Source: Octopus sinensis (Eukaryota). Taken from it: 64,000 nucleotides of DNA. The stretch spans positions 56,854,001 to 56,918,000 of the forward strand of contig NC_043007.1 in assembly GCF_006345805.1 (NCBI RefSeq). Direction: 5' to 3'. A program made the position numbers and the translations under genes. Below, in pieces: positions 14,091 to 26,520 of this stretch. The notes under the pieces were generated by a model. The model was not told the origin of the DNA. It ran no database searches and was given only the letters and a program-made list of their open reading frames with translations. How positions within the stretch are numbered: position 1 is the stretch's first letter; each line of letters opens with the position of its first letter.

Positions 14091-14501
14091 GCACCCCATA
14101 TAACCCCTTTTTTTATTTTGGAGGCTTTTAAGAAAATGTTTGTGAATTCATATGATTATGCAAAAACAAGTTGTGTGTGTGATTTAAGGGTGATTTAGCT
14201 GTTGTTTCAAGCACATCCCACGACCACCTGATACCTTCCACATTTCTTTGTCATTTAGATATGTATGGATGTTTTTTCAATATTTTTCTCCGCATAAACA
14301 CATTTAAGCAAAAAATTCAGACTTGCTTGTATTTTAAACTGATTTTAAAAAAATGAAAAACAGTGGAAATTTTAGGATTTATGATGGTGGGGTTCAAAAT
14401 TAACAAAAAAATTTTTTGCATAATTGTATGAATTCTTGTGTGTAGAAAAAAATTTCTGAAAATTCCAAACAATAAAAAAGTTGAGGGGTTATATGGGGTA
14501 C
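14091..14501. mobile_element. TTAA-flanked MITE with ~90-bp imperfect TIRs
   Basis: gtttaagcaccccatataacccc (14085) versus ggggttatatggggtacttaaac (ending 14507). Confidence 0.75.
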
Positions 14502-17410
14502 TTAAACAGTTTCGTGGAAACCTACCATGCCACATTGAAAATATATCCATACCATGGACATATGACATAAGAGCATTTTTAGCAGAGCATAAAACTTTCC
14601 TATTGAAAGCATACTGCATAGAAGACATAACATACCATAGTGGAATAACAGTTAACCATGTGTGTGCATGCATGTGCATGCTGTTGTTGATGTCATACGA
14701 ATAGACAGAGAAATTTGAAGGACTGCTTTGATCCAATAGTGAATAACTGTCATAATTACTGAAGATGTGAGTTCAAATCTCACAGGCAGCCATTGATGTT
14801 ATTCTGTCCAAAGCGTTTTTTTAACCCAATATTTATATGGCATTATTTAAAGATTTATTTGTTAAAAGTTTGATTGATTGATATATATATATATATGACA
14901 ATAACAAAGGTGACTATGCACAATATAAAACCAAAAAGGCAAAATTCAATTGTCATTAATTGTGACTGATGGTGCAGGGTAGCATCTACGTTGCTAGAAA
15001 TATGAGCTAAAAGCCCTTATAGTCACAGGAAGCACATTATGCATATACTGGAGAGATAACCACCCCAGTGAGTGAGATCATCATACTGGTCTAGTTTTGC
15101 TTGGAAAGGTGTAGGTATGGGTGTGTTGGTAAGAGGTTTACTTCCCAACCACATGGTTCCATGTTCAGCCAGTCTTGTGAGTGGATTGGGAAATGGAAAC
15201 TGAAAGAAGCCTGCTGTGTATGTATGTATTGAAAGACTTTTTCTATTCCTGAGCATTATACTAATACATCTGTTTGTTTTTTTCGTAAACTCTCCCTATA
15301 TATATATATATGTACATATGTATGTGCATATGTTTGTAACCCACCACTGCTTGTTGGTGTGTTTATGTCCCTATAACTTGGTTCAGTAAATGAAACCAAT
15401 AGAATAAGTATCAGGATTTGAAAAAAAAAAACATAGTTACTAGAGTCAATTAATTTGACAAAATATTCTTCAAAGCGGTGCTCCAGCATGGCCATAGTCT
15501 AATGACTGAAACAAATAAAAGATACATACCACAATCATTAGACAGCACAGTTGAGTCAGAGAGGGAGGCTTTACATGACCCACAAGAAATAGCAACCAAA
15601 TTCTTAAGTCATATTCTTGCATCTTAAAAAAGGAACAACACTTTGGAGAATGCAGGAGTGATGGTCATACATAAAGGAGGTGATGGTCATGGCTGCAATG
15701 TCTGATTACAGAGCAGACTTGGGCATCAACAGCAATAAAATATAATGCTGAAATAACGCCATACACTACTGGAAACACAGCCATACCATGACATATTGTG
15801 CTGAAGACATACTACGCAATAAAAGGTACACCATATGAAGTATGTTTTGAGATACACACACACACATATACACATATTGACACACACAGATGCACGCATA
15901 TATAGACACACACACAAACACCACAGACATACACACATATACACATATACACATACACACACATAGACACACACATATATAGAGAGACACACACACATGT
16001 AGTTGAAGTTACACAGTAGATCCATCATGGCAGCTCACGTTTGCAATATTAGCAGCTGTGACTCAAGGGAAACAGGAGGGCAGAACTAGCACAACCGTCC
16101 ATACTCCACACTACCACACCATGACCCAACAAACTCCCCAAATTCCCCACCAACCCCAAAATAATAAAACAAACAAAAACACACACACACACACCACACA
16201 CACACACACACACATAATACCCCCAACAAAAGACTGATGGAATGAAAGAGCAATAAAGAAAAAGAGAGAGTGAAAGAGAATGAGAGAGAGAGAGAGATTA
16301 AGAAGGAAAGAGGGAGTGAAGAACACAGGTGTTCAGAGCAAATCTACTGATCCCAGTGAAGCTTGAACTAAGACTGTGGAAGAGATGATGGTAGTCATGA
16401 TGGTGATGAAGGTAATGATGATGATGAAGATGGTGGTGCTGGTTTTAGTAACACTGATACTGAGAGCAGTGTTATGTGAAGGTGGTGATGGTAGTTTTGG
16501 TACAGGAGATAGTGGTGGTGGCAGCTGTAGTAATAAGAATGGTTATTAGTGATCAATGTGGTGGTGGCGGTGGCAGGATGGTTTTCTTGGTGGTAATGCT
16601 ACTTCTGTTACTTGTGGTGTTGAAAAGTAGAAAACAAGGTGGTGGGGCTAGAGTACTGTGCTGTACTTGGTACTTGGGTACTTGCTGAGCAAGTACCCAA
16701 GTACTGCTGGGTGTGTTTTGTGTGAGAGTGTAATATTTTGGGTTAGGTGTGAGGTAATGTACAAAATAGATACAGCTGAGAATCTGCTTAATCAAAAGAA
16801 GACAACTCTAAGTTCAGTGTTAAGAACTATCACCATCATCATCATGGCCATCAAACCAAATGATTGAGGAATTACTGATTCATATTAACAGCATTCCAAC
16901 AAACTCAATTTAAACACATAGCAAACATATGCAGACATAAAAAGTACATGGGTCTTCATCAATTTTAACAATGATTATTCCACTTAATTCAATTGTGACT
17001 TATTTCTAGCAAGTTGAGCTACCACACAGAAACTCTTCCCTTATCACATGTCACAGGAGTGTTGTATTAGTTATGGTGGTAGAGGAGTTATTCTTCTGCT
17101 ATTATAATGCCATAGCGGAGGTGGTACCATAGTTGTTGTATTGTGATGATAGCTGAGATGCTATTTTGCACCAAAAGCCAATATGAAAGTTTCTCTCAAA
17201 GTATCTGTCGCAGTATAGTTTGTTCTAACAGAACATCGATGTTTGAGTGAGGATAAATATTATCTCTTGGAATTAATACTGCCTTTGTTGCTAATGTATA
17301 TTTTTTAACAAGCTCACTGGATAATCACAACACCAGCTCCTGTTCTGGCACTTTTTTCTATATATCGGTGACAGGGAGATGAGTTGCTTCTATCTCTAGC
17401 AGCTGAGTGT

Positions 17411-17457
17411 CCATCACTGACGAAACCAAGGAAGGTTGAAATTACATGATTGGGTGG
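17411..17457 (+). ncRNA. Type I hammerhead ribozyme motif, unit 1 (core intact, stem I closing pair mismatched)
   Basis: CCATCA CTGACGA AACC aaggaa GGTT GAAA T tacatg A T T GGGTGG. Confidence 0.6.
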
Positions 17458-17715
17458 TCTTGGCACTGTAACTGGGAAGTAGCGATATAGACAAGAGTGC
17501 ATTTTGCACCAAAAAGTCAATATGAGAAGTTTTTTTCATGGCAATCCATGTGGAAATAAATATTACCTCTTGGTATTGATACTGCCTATGTCACAAATAT
17601 ATATTTTTTTACCAAGATCACTGGCTAATCGCAATGCCAGCATCTGTTCTGGTACTGTTTTTCTATAGATTTCTGGGAGGGAAATGAGTTGCTGTTATCT
17701 CTAGTGGTCAAGTGA

Positions 17716-17762
17716 CCATCATTGACAAGACTAAGGAAGGTCAAAATCATGTGGTCTGGTGG
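17716..17762 (+). ncRNA. Type I hammerhead motif, unit 2 (GUC site and stem I intact, core mutated)
   Basis: CCATCA ttgacaa GACT aaggaa GGTC aaaa tcatgtg GTC TGGTGG. Confidence 0.55.
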
Positions 17763-18525
17763 TCTTGACACTGGTAATGGCAAGGCTTTATCTCCCTGTT
17801 AGCAATATAAACAAGAATGTATACTGGTGGTGATACAAGAATTCTTAAGGTAGTAGTAATGGTAGTTGTATCATCTTAAGGCACAGATACACTGGGCAGT
17901 TGCTCAGAGGCCCAATGCACTGATTTTCTCAGGAGCCTATAATGCTGCTAATGTGGCTCTGAGTAGTAGTAATGGTGGTGGTGTTGAGTTAATGTTTTAC
18001 TATTACAGTGCAACAATGAAGGTCTTGGTTAAGAGTGTAGCTTGTAGTTTACATTTCATATCCATTATGTGAAAATGTCGTTAGTTATAAGGATGGGTGG
18101 TCATTTATTCCTCCACATTCCTGACATACACAGGTGGTGATGATAAGAATGTGATAGTGGTGAGGCCTGATTATGTTTGTGAGTGAAAACTTATTCAAGA
18201 TGTTCCAGGGTTGCATATCTTCTAATGCTGTACAATTCCATCATCATGTTACCTTCAACATATCTGTCTTGGGGAACTAGAACCATGCACAAATCTACTC
18301 TATAGCTTACATATGGCCTGTTGTCCAAAATATCACTCCTGTATCTCCTGATCCCTTTTGTCATGAGAGATATACACATAAACACATTATAAATATAGAA
18401 AAATATTCATTTAATTTTAGAGCCAAAGGTTTCTGATACTTTTGAACATTAGCAATGAAAATTCATGTGTAAAGTTTCAGCTGGTCCATGCTATCAAAAG
18501 CTGATGAACGCAATTGTGGTTTTAA

Positions 18526-18744
18526 CCCTTTAGTATTTAAACCGGCCATATCTGGCCAAAATAGTTAATCTGTTTTATGTTCAAACTGACCAGATCCAGG
18601 CTCTCACACCTACCCTACAATGTTATTCTACATTAAGTAATTACACCATCAAGATCTTGAAGATATGAGATAATGCATGATTAATTCAAATCAATGTGAA
18701 TCAATAAGCATTATGTTTGATAGAATAATCTGAACACTAAAGGG
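18526..18744. mobile_element. TTAA-flanked ~220-bp MITE (CCCTTTAG termini); other copies 4939-5162, 52283-52483, 58689-58906
   Basis: ttaa|ccctttag ... ctaaaggg|ttaa; four colinear copies in the window. Confidence 0.85.
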
Positions 18745-18970
18745 TTAAACATTTCTTGACACCAAACCAATGAAGGAATCTTCAGTTAAGATGCATTTTT
18801 ATGGAAAATACACAGCGAACAAGCATTGCAACACTCACATAATTCAGGGTGTGTATATATTGTCCTATATACAGAAGAGAGAACTGTGAAAGCTGGGAGC
18901 TAAATACAGATATTTCTTAATATATCTCTCTTAAGTATGAGTTTTATCCTAAGGCTCTTTTGCAAGCCAT

Positions 18971-18974
<4 letters not shown>

Positions 18975-19066
<92 letters not shown>

Positions 19067-19260
19067 CGTATATATATATACATACGATATATATACGTAC
19101 ATATATATATATATATATATATATACGGGAACGGGAAACTCAGAGTAACAGGTTTTGTTGAATTTTCTGCTGCTTTAAATAAAGTATATATATATATATA
19201 TACATACATACATATATTATACACACACACACACACATACATTTACAAACACATATATTT
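18975..19260. repeat. (TA)n/(CA)n microsatellite block with a short embedded non-repetitive segment
   Basis: Direct reading. Confidence 0.9.
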
Positions 19261-21061
19261 ACATATACACATGCAAATATATACACATTTTTATGTGTGA
19301 GAGTGTATACACAATATTAATAACTACACCCCCATGACTTTTGTCTCTGGTCCACATTCACAGACTGGATTATATGGTTAGGGATTTACATTGGTACATT
19401 GGCAGATAGATATGTAAATAGGCTGCTGTAGTGAAAGTTGCAGGTGTTAGCAGTTGGAGGAGATGTGAGAAGGTAAACAGGGTCAAATAAGAATGGCAGA
19501 AGGTTGTGTAGGTGGATGCATGCAAAGAAAATACAGTATAGCAATATAACCAACAAGAGGGAGGAGAATATATATACATACATATGTATATATATGGATA
19601 CACACACACACATACACACAAGAAGAGAGTGTTAATGCTTGTTTATTCATAATAGTCATTGCTTTTATGGTTGTTATACTTTGATAGCTTGAAAGGAATA
19701 TATTTGTGTATATACACAAACATGTGCATACACACACACACGTACATATATTTTATACAAATATGTACATACACAAAGTTATATACACAGTCATATAAAA
19801 TTATATTGATTCTTCACACACATTGATATGCATTTTACATGTATCAATATATATATGCACATTTTCTTGAGTATATCACATATATTATATGGTATATAAT
19901 ACATATTATTTACCATATTTTATAATAGATCAATCATATATATATATATAAATATATATCTTTTACTTGTTTCAGTCATTAGACAACGGCCATGCTGGGG
20001 TACCACCTTGAATTTATAGTCAAATGAATTGACCTCAGTGCTTATTTTTTAAGCCTGCTATTTATTTTGTCAGTCTCTTTTCCCAAACCACAAAGTTATG
20101 CAGATGTAAACACACCAACACTGGTTAAGCAGTAGTGGAGGGGGGGGGGGGCAATCACAGACACAAAGACACATATATGGATAGATAGACAGACAGACAG
20201 TTTCCATCTACCAAATCCACTCATAAGGCATTGGTCAGCCTGTGGCTATAGTAGAAGACACTTTCCCAAGGTGTTACTCAGTGGGACTGAATTCAGAACC
20301 GTGTGGTTAAAAAACAAGCTTCTTACCACACATCCACACCTGTGCCTATATATATATAATGAAGTAATAAGTGATATCCACTTTATACAGCTCAACCGAG
20401 TAGCACTCTGATAGAGCTTCAGCAATATAAAATTAAGGAGAGGAGAAAACAAATTGAAAGTTTGGTAACTGCATTTATTTCCACCACATGACACTTATGA
20501 GATCAACGTGTTGTCTATCAAAAGAGTGCTCTTTGGTACAAGTAAATGCAAATGAAATCTTTTCAAACGTTTCTGATTTCCCTTATCAAACAGCTAGAAC
20601 TTGTGCAACAATCGGACATATAAGTTACTGTCACCCGGGAAGAGGAATTTTTATGCTAAAGAAAGAGAGTATAGTTGATAGAAATTGTTGAAATACATAT
20701 GTACTTCATATGAGTAGCAAATTGTGGAGGATGGTATTCACTGTACTTGGATCTAGTTAATTTGAGACACAAAATCAGCCCTCTTTTAAAACGGTGTAAA
20801 AAAATCTGAAAATTTGTCATATTAAACATTCATTTCTTATTAGGATCTAGTTTGTTTCGTTCACAAAACTGCATTTTTTAAAAGGAAGTAAAAAAAATTG
20901 ACGATTGGTTATCTTGATGCAGTTTCTATGAAGCCATAAACATCTGGAGAAAAAATTTGACACACAAATTGTTTTTTTTAATTCGTGGTTTTAAAATACA
21001 GACAGTCTGAATCTATCATTCATTTCTCTTTAAAATTTCCAAATAATTTTTTTAAATACCT

Positions 21062-21716
21062 CGGAGGAAGTGGTGAAGCACGACCTTCAAACATTGGACT
21101 ACACCGAGGCAATGACAAGAGGCCGAGACCTTTGGAGATATGTTGTGCGCAAGAAGACCTGGCAAGCCAAGTGAGACCATAACCCATGGCCTATGCCAGT
21201 GGTGTATAACCAGCCAGCTTATGAGTACTCCTCATTCATTGGACAATAAACTTTGCTTGCGAAGACCTGTTGAGGCAAGTGAAATCAAAATCACTGATGT
21301 GGCCGATGACAGTACTGTCTAACTGGCTCCCATGCCAGTGGCACATAAAAAGCACAATTCGAGTGTGATTGTTGCCAGCGTTGCCTTACTGGCAGCATAC
21401 TGGTGGCACGTAGAAACCAACATGTGAGCATGGACATTGCCAGTGCTGCCGGACTGGCTCCTGTGCAGGTGGCACGTAAAAAACACCATTTGAGCATAGT
21501 CGTTGCCAGTACCGCCTGACTGGCCCTTGTGCTGGTGGCACATAAAAGCACCCACTATACTCTAGGAGTGGTTGGCGTTAGAAAGGGCATCCAGCTATAG
21601 AAACTGTACCAGATCAGATTGCAGCCTGCTGCAGCCTTCTCGCTCGCCAGTCCTCAGGCAAACCATCCAATTCATGGTTGCATAGAAAGTGGACATTAAA
21701 CGATGGCGATGATGAT
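21062..21716 (+). mobile_element. RTE LINE 3' end (last codons, modular 3' UTR, GAT tail)
   Basis: Starts at gaggaagtggtgaagcacgacc (EVVKHDL) and is the reverse complement of the 45868-46450 region. Confidence 0.9.
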
Positions 21717-21726
21717 ATATACATAT

Positions 21727-22754
21727 ATAACTACAGATTTCTGACCCCACCTCACGACTTTGGATGACCATAACTTCCAGAAAAATAGATATTTTTTAAT
21801 GAAATTTTCTACAAATATGTATTATATCATGTAGATTCTAAATATACAAAATTTGGTGGGGAAAGTGTTTTATGAGGAGGTGGAGAATTTCCGAAAATTC
21901 ACCAGAGTCCACATCAATTCATCTTAACTTTCAAGAAAATAGATATTTTTAAATAAAATTCTGTACAAATATACCTCGGACTATGTAGATTCTGAGGAAA
22001 TAGAAATTTGGAGGGGGATAACAATTGAGAGTTATTTTTGAGAACCATCCCCCACTTGGGGGTGTTTCAGAACAAATTGTCCATATTTGCTTCATTTTCT
22101 CCGTTTTGTGCATTTGTGCAGCCATAGATTTCTACCACACACACACACATATATGTAATTAAAAAAGTTCATATGGGGAATTATTCCATTCACTATCATG
22201 TTTATTATAGAGGTTATGTAACAAATTATACTTTACACTTCTATATTTAACTGTGCATGTATATTCCTTATTTTTGCTTCTAGTCTCTTCTGCTTTTCTA
22301 CTAGAAACATTTACCTGTGAATTTACTTAAAGTGAAAAAAAATATCATATGCAACAGATAAGTCATCATCTTAACATATTTCTGTGTACCAGACCGTTAG
22401 CTGTTATTTTTAGCATAAGTTTTCTGGTGAGGGCTTCATTTGTTTTCATTACCTGTTTGTTGCTTCAGTAGAAATCTACAGGTGCACAAACGCACAAAAC
22501 AGAGAAAATGAAAGAATTATGGACAACTTGTTCCAAAACACCCTGTCCATTTTCTTAAGACGAATTGAAGTGGACTCCAGTGAATTTTCAGAAATTCCCC
22601 ACCTCACCCACTCCTAAAGCACTTTCCCCAAAAATTATATATTCAGAATCTACATGATATAACACATATTCATAGAAAATTTCATTAAAAAATATCCATT
22701 TTTCTGAAAGTTGTGATGATCCAAAGTTGGTGGTGGGCGGAAATCTGTAGTTAT
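21727..22754. mobile_element. Fold-back MITE with long imperfect inverted arms
   Basis: ataactacagatttc / gaaatctgtagttat termini; arms about 21727-22135 and 22468-22754 are reverse complements around an AT-rich spacer. Confidence 0.8.
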
Positions 22755-23225
22755 GCCATATATATATACACACACACACACACGTGTGTGTGTGTGTGTG
22801 TGTGCTAGTATCTGTTTTTCCTTTAATTTTTGTTGACTTATACACATCAACAAATGAGCTAATCAGGTACTGTGTGGTTATTCAATCTGCTAGAAATAAC
22901 AGCCAAATCTCCCTCATACTATGCTCTTGTTAGTTATTAAGGAAAGGGAAAATGATTTTGTTTGGCTCAATGAATTTAATTTATTTTAACTGCTTCTGTC
23001 CATTGCTTGATACAGGAAATTGGAAAATCCTGACCAAAACAGAGAAATTCTAACTTAACAAAAAATATACAAAGAGAAAGAAAAGGTTCTGTTTCCCAGA
23101 AGCCAAAAGATGTGTTTTTAGCAGAGGTGTAATTTTACAATTAAAACAAATTCAAAATTTAAATTTCAGAACATGAAACTTACCATGTTATCTTGTGTGG
23201 TCAGTTCAAACGGGTACAAAACCTA

Positions 23226-23265
<40 letters not shown>

Positions 23266-24822
23266 ATGCGTGCGTGCATGTGCGTGTGTGTGTGTGTGTG
23301 CGGTTGGATCTTTAATAGCCAGGAGTCAGTTTAAGTTCAATCACAGAAAGGAATTCAAAACAACACATGCAATCATATACATACAAACATACCCATACAT
23401 ACACACATATACACAAATATATACCTATCAGCCACTCCCAAATTTTGATTTTATTCATTACATGTTTTTTCTTTTAGCCGTCTGTCACTATTCATCTGTT
23501 TTTAGTTTTTGTTTGTATTTTGGGGGTTTCACTTTAGTGACACTAATTACACATGGTACCAGGAATTTGCTTGGTATCACTAAAGTGGAAAAATGTTTTA
23601 AGCTTTTATAACTTGAAACAAAAAGACGTTTTTTTTAAACAGACTGTCATAGATATGTGAAAATATGGCCACTACTAGTTAATTTCAAATTAAACTTACC
23701 AAAGTTGAGGGTCTTCAAGTGCCCCCCTAGACCCCACCCCAAGTCTTTTAATGCCCACTTAGTGCCCCATTGCTCCAAACCACCCCCACCGAGCTCCAAA
23801 TGGCCCCTGTTAAGAACCTTTAATATAGACCAATAATAAAAATAGATGCAAAAAAGTAACAAACACACAATACAGCAAAAATGTATTAAGTATAACCGTT
23901 AAAGGATATGGATGTATAAACACCCTCATGTAAGTTGTAGGGCGCATGTACACTCACTCATACAAACATCCATAGTAAGGCACACAAAACCATATAACAT
24001 CATTTCCAGGAAATACTGAATCTGCTCTGAGGAATCCTTGTCTATTCTGTGGATCAACAAGAAGATCCTTAATAGATTTTCTGAAAGACTCTCAAAATGC
24101 TTACATGCATATAAACGCACTTTCACACAATGCAGTGGGAATGAATTTAAGAAACTGTTAACTTAATTAATAATCATAATTCTCTTTAAGGTATGAATGA
24201 ATTAAATTTATTCCTAACCTCCCTATTCTTATAAACACCCAGTAGCTATTTAATCTGCTATGTGAACATATGTGTGCCAAACCACACATAATCATATGCT
24301 TACATCATTGTGGATGTTTGTATGAGTGAGTGTACATGTACCATACAATCTATGCAAGGGCGTTTATACATCCATATCCATTAATGGTTATATTTAATGC
24401 TTTTTTCACTGTATTGTGTATTTGTTTTTGTTTTTTTGCATCTGTTTTTTTTTATTATTGATCTTCTATATAAATGAAGCTACATCCTTCAATTTGATTT
24501 TCTTTACATGAACTGAGAAGATACCTTGTGGAACTGTTATTTTAATAGGTTATATCTATTTACCACCCAAAGAGACACATCTACACCGTCAGATGGTCAT
24601 GAACCAGTTGTTAAGTAACCCACCCGTGAGGGAGCAATGCTAAATGGATTAAAACAATTGTATTCTCATACCTTCCATCTCTCTCATTAACCATATATAT
24701 ATATATATAAAACACTAATAAAAAAAAAATGGGGAAAAAAGGACAACAAAAAAAAAGCAATAACGCAAGGATGTGGTACATGCAAAGTATTAATAAGATG
24801 CTCAGAAAAGGAAAGAAAGGGT

Positions 24823-24857
24823 TTTTTATACTTCGAGCAAAGCTCTTCTTCAGAAAC
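24823..24857 (-). ncRNA. Degenerate minimal hammerhead motif, same repeat family as 41689
   Basis: Minus strand GTTT CTGAAGA A GAGC ttt GCTC GAAG TAT AAAA; flanks colinear with 41620-41800. Confidence 0.5.
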
Positions 24858-25074
24858 AGGAGACAGAGGAAAGTCCAAGAGAAAAGAAAGACAGAGGAAA
24901 AAAAATCGTCAACAATCCACATGTTGTTACATTTTGGAATGTATGTGTGTGTGTGCGTGTGTGTATCTTATATCATTATATTGTATGTGACATATATATT
25001 ATAACATATATCATATGTATATGATACCATACCATAGCAGGCAGTGAATTGGCAGAGTTGTTAAAACATTCAAT

Positions 25075-25482
25075 AGGCACAGGAGTGGCTGTGTGGTAAG
25101 TAGCTTGTTTACCAACCACATAGTTCCGGGTTCAGTCCCACTGCGTTGCACCTTGGGCAAGTGTCTTCTACTATAGCCTTGGGCCGACCAAAGCCTTGTG
25201 AGTGGATTTGGTAGATGAAAACTGAAAGAAGCCCGTCATATATATGTATATATATATATGTGTGTGTGTGTGTTTGTGTGTCTGTGTTTGTTCCCCCAAC
25301 ATCGCTTGACAACCAATGCTGGTGTGTTTACATCCCAAGAACTTAGTGGTTCAGCAAAAGAGACTGATAGAATAAGTACTAGGCTTACAAAGAATAAGTC
25401 CCGGGGTCGATTTGCTCAACTAAAGGCGGTGCTCCAGCATGGCCACAGTCAAATGACTGAAACAAATAAAAGAGTAAAAGAG
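25075..25482 (+). mobile_element. tRNA-derived SINE family 1 (~400 bp, internal TA/TG microsatellite). Other copies: + 15107-15523, 26120-26682, 41220-41608, 42599-42862, 53823-54182, 55052-55362; - 13240-13665, 19959-20347, 53190-53337, 56402-56776
   Basis: Head ggagtggctgtgtggtaag (A box) ... ggttcagtccc (B box); core caccttgggcaagtgtcttctactatagc; tail gcatggccacagtcaaatgactgaaacaa(g/a)taaaag. Confidence 0.9.
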
Positions 25483-26277
25483 TGTGCATTGCAGTATTCG
25501 GCCCAATCACTGCATTCTTAGTTTAAATTCCTTCCAGGTCAAAGGGGTCAATAAAAAAGTACCAATCAAGGTTAGGACCCAACTGAAAAATATTGTTTCT
25601 GTCACAGAAGGAAATTGGAGCAAACAATGAGCAATATCTCTGGATGTGGCTATTTACATCAAACACTATTGAAGGACTATTGATCTATCAATCAAGAGCT
25701 AGAACAGTTATTTGTCTGTAGCCCTTATATAATAATCAGACTTTATTAAGTTCTGTCACAGATGGATCAGATGGTCTTTCTGTGATAGAAACAATACTTT
25801 TCAATCAGGCCAGGCAGTAGGTTGGCAAAACAGAAGAGTGTCACACCAGAAACCTTGCACCTGGTGATATTTGTTTCAGTTTCTTTGTTTCTGTATTCAA
25901 ATCCCCCAGAGCCTACTTAAGTGATGTACTTGATGCATTAACCAGTTTAACCCCCCCCCCCCCCACCTTGAGTGCTTTGAACCAGGTCTTCCTAATCACC
26001 AGTCTCAGATTCCCAGTAAATAGTTGTGGTCACTGAATTCTCCCCTAACTAAAGGAGCAAATCTTTAACAGATATTACTTAGGAACAGCACTTGAATGGT
26101 GCATATTTATACACACACACACACACACCTATATATGTTTGGTAAGAAACTTGCTACCCAATCACATGGTTCCAAGTTCAGTACCACTGCATGGTAACTT
26201 GGGTAAGTGTCCTCTACTATAGCCTTAGGTCAACCAAAGCCCCTTTTGAGTGGATTTGATAGACAAACTGAAAAAGC

Positions 26278-26278
26278 C

Positions 26279-26310
<32 letters not shown>

Positions 26311-26520
26311 TGTGTGGTGTGTGTGTGTGTGTGTTGTGTGTTGTGTGTGGTGTGTGGTGTGTGTGTGTGTGTGTGTTGTGTGTGTGTGTGTGTGTGTGTG
26401 TGTTGTGTGTGTGTGTGTGTGTGTGGTGTGTGGTGTGTGGTGTGTGTTGTGTGTGTGTGGTGTGTGTGTGTGTGTGTGTGTTGTGTGTGTGTGGTGTGTG
26501 TGGTGTGTGTGTGTGTGTCT
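26278..26520. repeat. Long interrupted (TG)n array inside a SINE family 1 copy
   Basis: Direct reading. Confidence 0.95.

Larger units (their letters stand above)
17159..17822 (+). repeat. Diverged tandem duplication of a ~320-340-bp unit, each unit carrying a hammerhead motif (retrozyme-like)
   Basis: attttgcaccaaaa at 17163 and 17501; colinear blocks throughout; roughly 75% identity by eye. Confidence 0.85.

Noticed and set aside
20565-20592. Possible decayed hammerhead (TTGATAA GGG aaat CA GAAAC GTT, minus)
   Set aside because: Too many core and stem mismatches to support from one copy.
25075-25150. tRNA gene (and other A-box/B-box heads)
   Set aside because: These are SINE 5' heads attached to SINE bodies; no complete cloverleaf.
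26278-26520. Phase-shifting TG array as an encoded pattern
   Set aside because: Single-base interruptions are what slippage or long-read error produces.
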